From the NCBI GenBank assembly GCA_951406725.2, contig OX597837.1, positions 22,258,001-22,322,000 on the forward strand: DNA of 64,000 nt, in the 5' to 3' direction. The position numbers and the translations under genes are program-made. The notes under the pieces were generated by a model, which made no database searches, had not been told where the DNA came from, and saw nothing but the letters and a program-made list of their open reading frames with translations. Positions 58,917 to 64,000 of the stretch are shown here, piece by piece. Within the stretch, counting starts at the first letter, position 1; each line of letters starts with the position of its first letter. The DNA is from Octopus vulgaris. Taxonomy: Eukaryota.

Positions 58917-59269
58917 TATAAACAATTCATAAATGAGGGCAAAGGAAAAAATTTCTAATGCCAAATATGCCGAAAAATTGGACATATTGTCCATTAACTA
59001 TATAATTTTTTCACAATACGCACGCTACTCGAAAAAAGGTCGACAGAAATTTCTAAAAAATTCCATTATTACCATATCGGACCGATTTCAGAGTTTGAAA
59101 TTGGTCCGATATGGTAATAATGGAATTTTTTAGAAATTTCTGTCGACCTTTTTTTGAGTAGCGTGCGTATTGTGAAAAAATTATATAGTTAATGGACAAT
59201 ATGTCCAATTTTTCGGCATATTTGGCATTAGAAATTTTTTCCTTTGCCCTCATTTATGAATTGTTTATA
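58917..59269. repeat. Near-perfect palindrome (174-bp arms, 5-nt loop) within an element embedded in (TA)n
   Basis: Arms 58917-59090 and 59096-59269; near-identical peptides on both strands in the ORF track; related shorter copy at about 16997-17145. Confidence 0.9.
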
Positions 59270-59774
59270 TATATATATATATAGACAGACAGATAAATAG
59301 AAAACAATAACAAAATCTCCCAAAAACTGTTTGTTTGGTCATTGGGAGTTCAGCATCTCAAACAAAATGTAAAAAAAAGTTTTGTTAAACTGTCCTTTTT
59401 TTTTCAATCATTTTCACACTAATTAGAAAGTAATGGAATAAAAGTACTTTTAGAAAATATCAAACTACAGCATCAGTGTACTGTATTCTTCATACAGGGT
59501 TTCTTTAGTTTTGAGAATCTTTGTGATAAACAACACTTATTGACTCTTCTATATCATCATTAATTTGAGGATGATTAGCTGCAAGTTAGCCTGCTTGAAT
59601 AGATTTATGATCAGAAGTATTCCGATCATGACCATCCCTTTTAGTTTTTAGATACAGTGAATTTAGGACATTTCCTATATGTATTTCCTTACTAGTGAAG
59701 GTTAGAAGAATTCGCTGCTACTTCTTGCAGATCTATGATTCTAAAGTTGGTTCTTTACATTGCTTAGTAATTCT

Positions 59775-60775
59775 TTCATTCCAATTTTTGGCACAAGGCC
59801 AACAATTCTGAGGGGGTGGGGGTTATTCAATTACATCAACCTCAGAGTTCAGCCAGTATTATTTTATTGACTCTGAAAGAATGAGGACTCTAGTGAAATT
59901 TGAACTCAGAATGTAGCAAAGAGCTGGAAGAAATGCCACTAAGCATTACGTCCAACTCACAACCTCAGATAATATTAATAATAATAACAACAACAATAAT
60001 AATAATCCTTTCTACTAAAGGCACAAGGCCTGAAATATTGTGAGGACGGGACTAGTTGATTACATCAACCCCAGTGTTTCACTTACTGACCCCAAAAAGG
60101 ATGAAAGGCAAAGTTGACCTTGGTGGAATTTGAACTCAGAACATAGCAGCAGACAAAATACCACTAAGCATTTCACTCAGCATGCTAACGATTCTGCCAG
60201 CTCGCTGCCTAAATAATAATAATAATAATAATAATCCTTTCTACTATAGGCACAAGGCTTGAGATTTGTGGGGAGGGAGCTAGTTAAGTACATTGACCTG
60301 AATGATCAACTGATACTTATTTTATGATTAGAAAATTGTTTTAGTAATCCTTTAGCATTTAATCTGGCAATATCTTTTAGCAGTATTTCTTCCAGCTTTC
60401 TGTTCTGAGTTCAAACACCAACAAGGTTGAGTTTGCCTTTCATCCCTTTGGGGTCAATAAGATAAGTACCAGTTGAACACAGGGGTTGGTGTAATCAACT
60501 TGCCCCTTCCCCCAAAACTTTCAGACCTTTTGCATATAGAAGAAACAGTTATTGGTGAGCTGACAAAATCATTAGCAAGCCGGGCAAAATGCTAAGCAGC
60601 ATTTCATCTGTCTTTACATTCCGAGTTCAAGCTCTGCCAAGGTCACCTTTACTGTTAATCCTTTCAGGGTTGATAAATTAAGTAGCAGTGAAATACTAGG
60701 GTCAATATAATCGACTTAATCCCTTGCCCCAAATTGCAGGCCTTGTGCTTACAGTAGAAAGGATTATTGTTGTTA
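59775..60775. mobile_element. Cluster of family B SINEs in both orientations
   Basis: Repeated GAATTTGAACTCAGAA / TTCTGAGTTCAAA and CACAAGGCC blocks. Confidence 0.7.
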
Positions 60776-63700
60776 TTATTCAGCAAGCTGAATCACAAGC
60801 TCTTCTCTGACATGATATATCTCTAGCAAGATGTTGTTCTGTGCAAAAATGTAAAAATAATTAGGGTTTCTAGCAAAAGGGTAAAAGGTAAAGATCCCCT
60901 TCAGTCATGAATGACCATGGAATTATACCTAGAAAGTTCCCCTCCAAAGCACAAGTCTGGGTAAGGTTTATGGAAGACCAGCAGTCACCCATGCAAACCA
61001 TGCCACCAATGTTATCCAAGGGAAAGGCAAAGGTCAATACAGCTTGGCTCCAGTGATATTGCAACTCATTTCAACAGCTCAGTGAACTAGAGCAATGTGA
61101 AATAATGTGTCCTGCTTAAGAACACGACACAGCCCGGTCCGGGAATCAAAGTCACTACCTCATGATTGTGAGCCTGACGCTCTAACCATTGAGCCATGTG
61201 CCTTTACTAACAAAAGACAGGGCAAGCATCTATTTCATTTGTTCTGGATGGCCTGCTAAAGTCACAGGTGCACCCGGTTTATAGTTCATTATAATAAGCA
61301 CAGTATCTCACTGGTACTTAATTTTGTTGGCCCCCAGCAAATAAAACAATAAAGTCAAGTTCAAAAGGAATTGAATTCAAAACTTAAAAGGGCATAACTA
61401 AATCATCATCATCATCCTCATTTAATATCCATATTCCATACTGGTATGGGATGAATGGTTTGGCAGGATCCAATGAGTCTGAAGACTACATCATGGTCCT
61501 TCCTAATGCCAACCACTTTGTACTGGGTGCTGTTTTTGTGCTGGCAGCACTGTTGAGGTCATTATGCAGCTCACAAAATTATGAACCCCAAGGGAGGAGT
61601 AAGGAGTTGGCTTTTATACTAGGGGATGATGGGTTGAAATATGAGGAAAGGGGGCGGGGGGCAGAGTAGGTTCTTGTACAAGAGCGGCATGGTTATCACA
61701 TTTAGTGAGCTGGCAGAATCATTAGTGCACCAAACACAATGCTTAACAGAATTTCATCTGTCTTTATGTTCTGAGTTCAAATGCCACTGAGGTTGACTTT
61801 GCCTTTCATCCTTTCAGGGTTGATAAAATAAATACCAGTTGAGCTGTAGGGTCAATGTAATTGATGTACTTCCTCCCCCAAAATTGCTGGCCTTGTGCCA
61901 AAATTTAAAACCAATAATTTGAAGAAACAACAGGAAATAAAATTTTGTTCTGGTAAAACAAAATACAAAACAAAACAAACACAAGGAAAAATGAGAAAAA
62001 AAATAAACGAAAAATATAAACAATGGAATTGAAAAATTTTTTTTATTAAATGTCAATCAGTTGTTTGTTTGATGATGGTCAACAATATAATTAATTAAAA
62101 AAAAAACCGAAAACAACAACGGAATGTTTTAAATAATGAAGCATTTTGAGGCAACAAAACAATGGAATATTTGGAGGGTTGGTTGGTTGGCTGGGTATAT
62201 TATTGCAGGAGGGGGTAAAGCAAGGTGTGAGTTTTAGTTAAGTATTATTAAACAACAATTATCGAAGGTTACAAAAACAGGACACGAGGTCACAAAATTA
62301 GGAAGCCCAGTAGTTTATTTATTGATCCTCAAAGGAGTTTCAATTCTAAGAATAGTGGGGTGGAGCTTTCTTACAGATTCTGCCAAAATTTGTGAGAAGT
62401 GGTCAAGTCAATTAACCCCACCCCCACCCTGCACTTGGCTGTTACTTAAAAAAAATTATATGTACATGTCTGTCTGTATGACACGCATACACATGTACAT
62501 ACATACATGCAAGCATGAATTCATACATACATACACACATACACAACTACACACACATACACACATAATGGTGACCACCTCTGGTTTCCTGATATATAAT
62601 TTCCACTTTTTGACCCTTTAGCATTTAAACTAGCCATATCCAGCTCAGATATATACCCTACCTGACTTATGCGTAAACTGGCCACATCTGGCCTCTCACA
62701 CCTATCCTACAATGTCCTTCTAAAAATAAACAATCCCATCATCAAAGCATCATGAGAGAACACAAAATTCAAAAGCAATGTGGATAAAGAAGCATTACAA
62801 TTGACAAAGTAACCTCAATGCTAAAAGGTTATGGCAGAGGTTCTGAACCACTTTTCTTCTATTGATCCCTTTAATTACTATTCTGTTCTAGTGGACTCCC
62901 ATAACCATTCGACATTTAAAAATTAGATTTATGAATACAGCTTTCAAAATTCCAAATTTGTTTTTGACATGTTCACTTGTACAGATTTTTAATAGAACTT
63001 ACTGAGAGGACATGTTTCACTGGCCGGAAACATGTTAAATTATGTAAAACATTAGAGAAAGAAATTTAGCTATTTTTTGGCAATAAATATATTTAAAGCA
63101 ACATTTTTTTTTTTTGTGGACTTTCCAAATACTGCTGTGGATTGCCAATTAATTATTTTGCTTGCATGGACCCCCAAATTTTATATGGACCCTGTTTAAG
63201 AACTACTGGGTTAAAGTAATCAGATTTAAATTAAAACATCCCAGCATAATTCCATGAGAGGTAGCTTTTGATCAGGTATGTTCTGAGCTCCAGCTCCATA
63301 TAGAAATAAATCTAAAAAGTCAATAAATTTACTAAATCCCTCAAATATTCTTCATTATTTTCAAACTTAATGGTAACATATTGGCAGTGTAATCATTAGA
63401 AATAATGTCACAAATGGAATAAAAGGACTAGAAATGGAAAAAAAAAGTGGTGATAAAGTGGTGACCAAGGCAGAAGATCTATAAATAACATGTAGTAAAG
63501 ATGAGTTATAGAACATATGCCAATGAAGCAAAATAGGCTCAACAGAAGAACTGGGTTTGTGAAGAAAGTAAAACACAAATAAGGTAAGTTACTGCTATGG
63601 TAGGTTAACCTTAGCAGCAATGCTGCTATTCCTAAAATACATTAGAAATGCAAGATTACCCTACATGCTTTTACTGCTAATGACAAACAATGTCAGGACA

Positions 63701-64000
63701 AAGTTACACAAACCTTACCTCATATGAGGAGGGGACCCCTTTCTGTCATGAATGACCATGGGATTGCATCTGAAGTCACAAGTCTGGACAAAGTTTTTTT
63801 TTTGTGAAAGACCAGAAGTCACCCATGCTTACTAGTTTCTCCTCTTCACACCAAAGGAAAGGCAAAGGCCAATACAGCTTGGCACCAGTGACATTGCAAC
63901 TCATTCCTACTACTGGTGGGATTTGAGCTCAGAATGTAAAGAGCTGCAAAAATTACCACAAAGAATTTTTTTTCCGATGCTCTAATGGTTCCACCCAAAT

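Noticed and set aside
58933-59253. Two near-identical 66-aa ORFs on opposite strands
   Set aside because: A consequence of the palindrome; no recognisable protein.
63715-63900. Possible upstream exon of the minus-strand gene (donor-like CTTACCT)
   Set aside because: The adjacent sequence is a dispersed repeat also present at about 26545, 30840 and 60895.

Overview
Eukaryotic, AT-rich, microsatellite- and SINE-dense DNA. The repeat families suggest an octopus/coleoid cephalopod (inference). The + strand carries the 3' part of a dihydropyrimidine dehydrogenase gene (DPYD): 16 coding exons from 1 to 31191, read by eye with GT-AG boundaries. Most exon lengths match human exons 8-19 as I recall them. 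Converging on it from the - strand are the last three coding exons (49405-47626, 44369-43356, 40534-40488) of a large Ser/His/Lys-rich, probably nuclear protein with a coiled coil (weakly DOT1L-like, unconfirmed). Introns contain tRNA-derived SINEs, RTE/CR1 LINE fragments, mariner relics, TTAA-specific MITEs, Helitron-like elements and a (GAA)70 tract. The most notable signal is a set of about nine type I hammerhead-ribozyme motifs, two with intact catalytic cores. Several lie inside non-coding palindromic insertions with target-site duplications and a Penelope-like architecture, including a head-to-head pair of tRNA-head + hammerhead units at 2403-2922. All coordinates were counted by eye; repeat boundaries are approximate.
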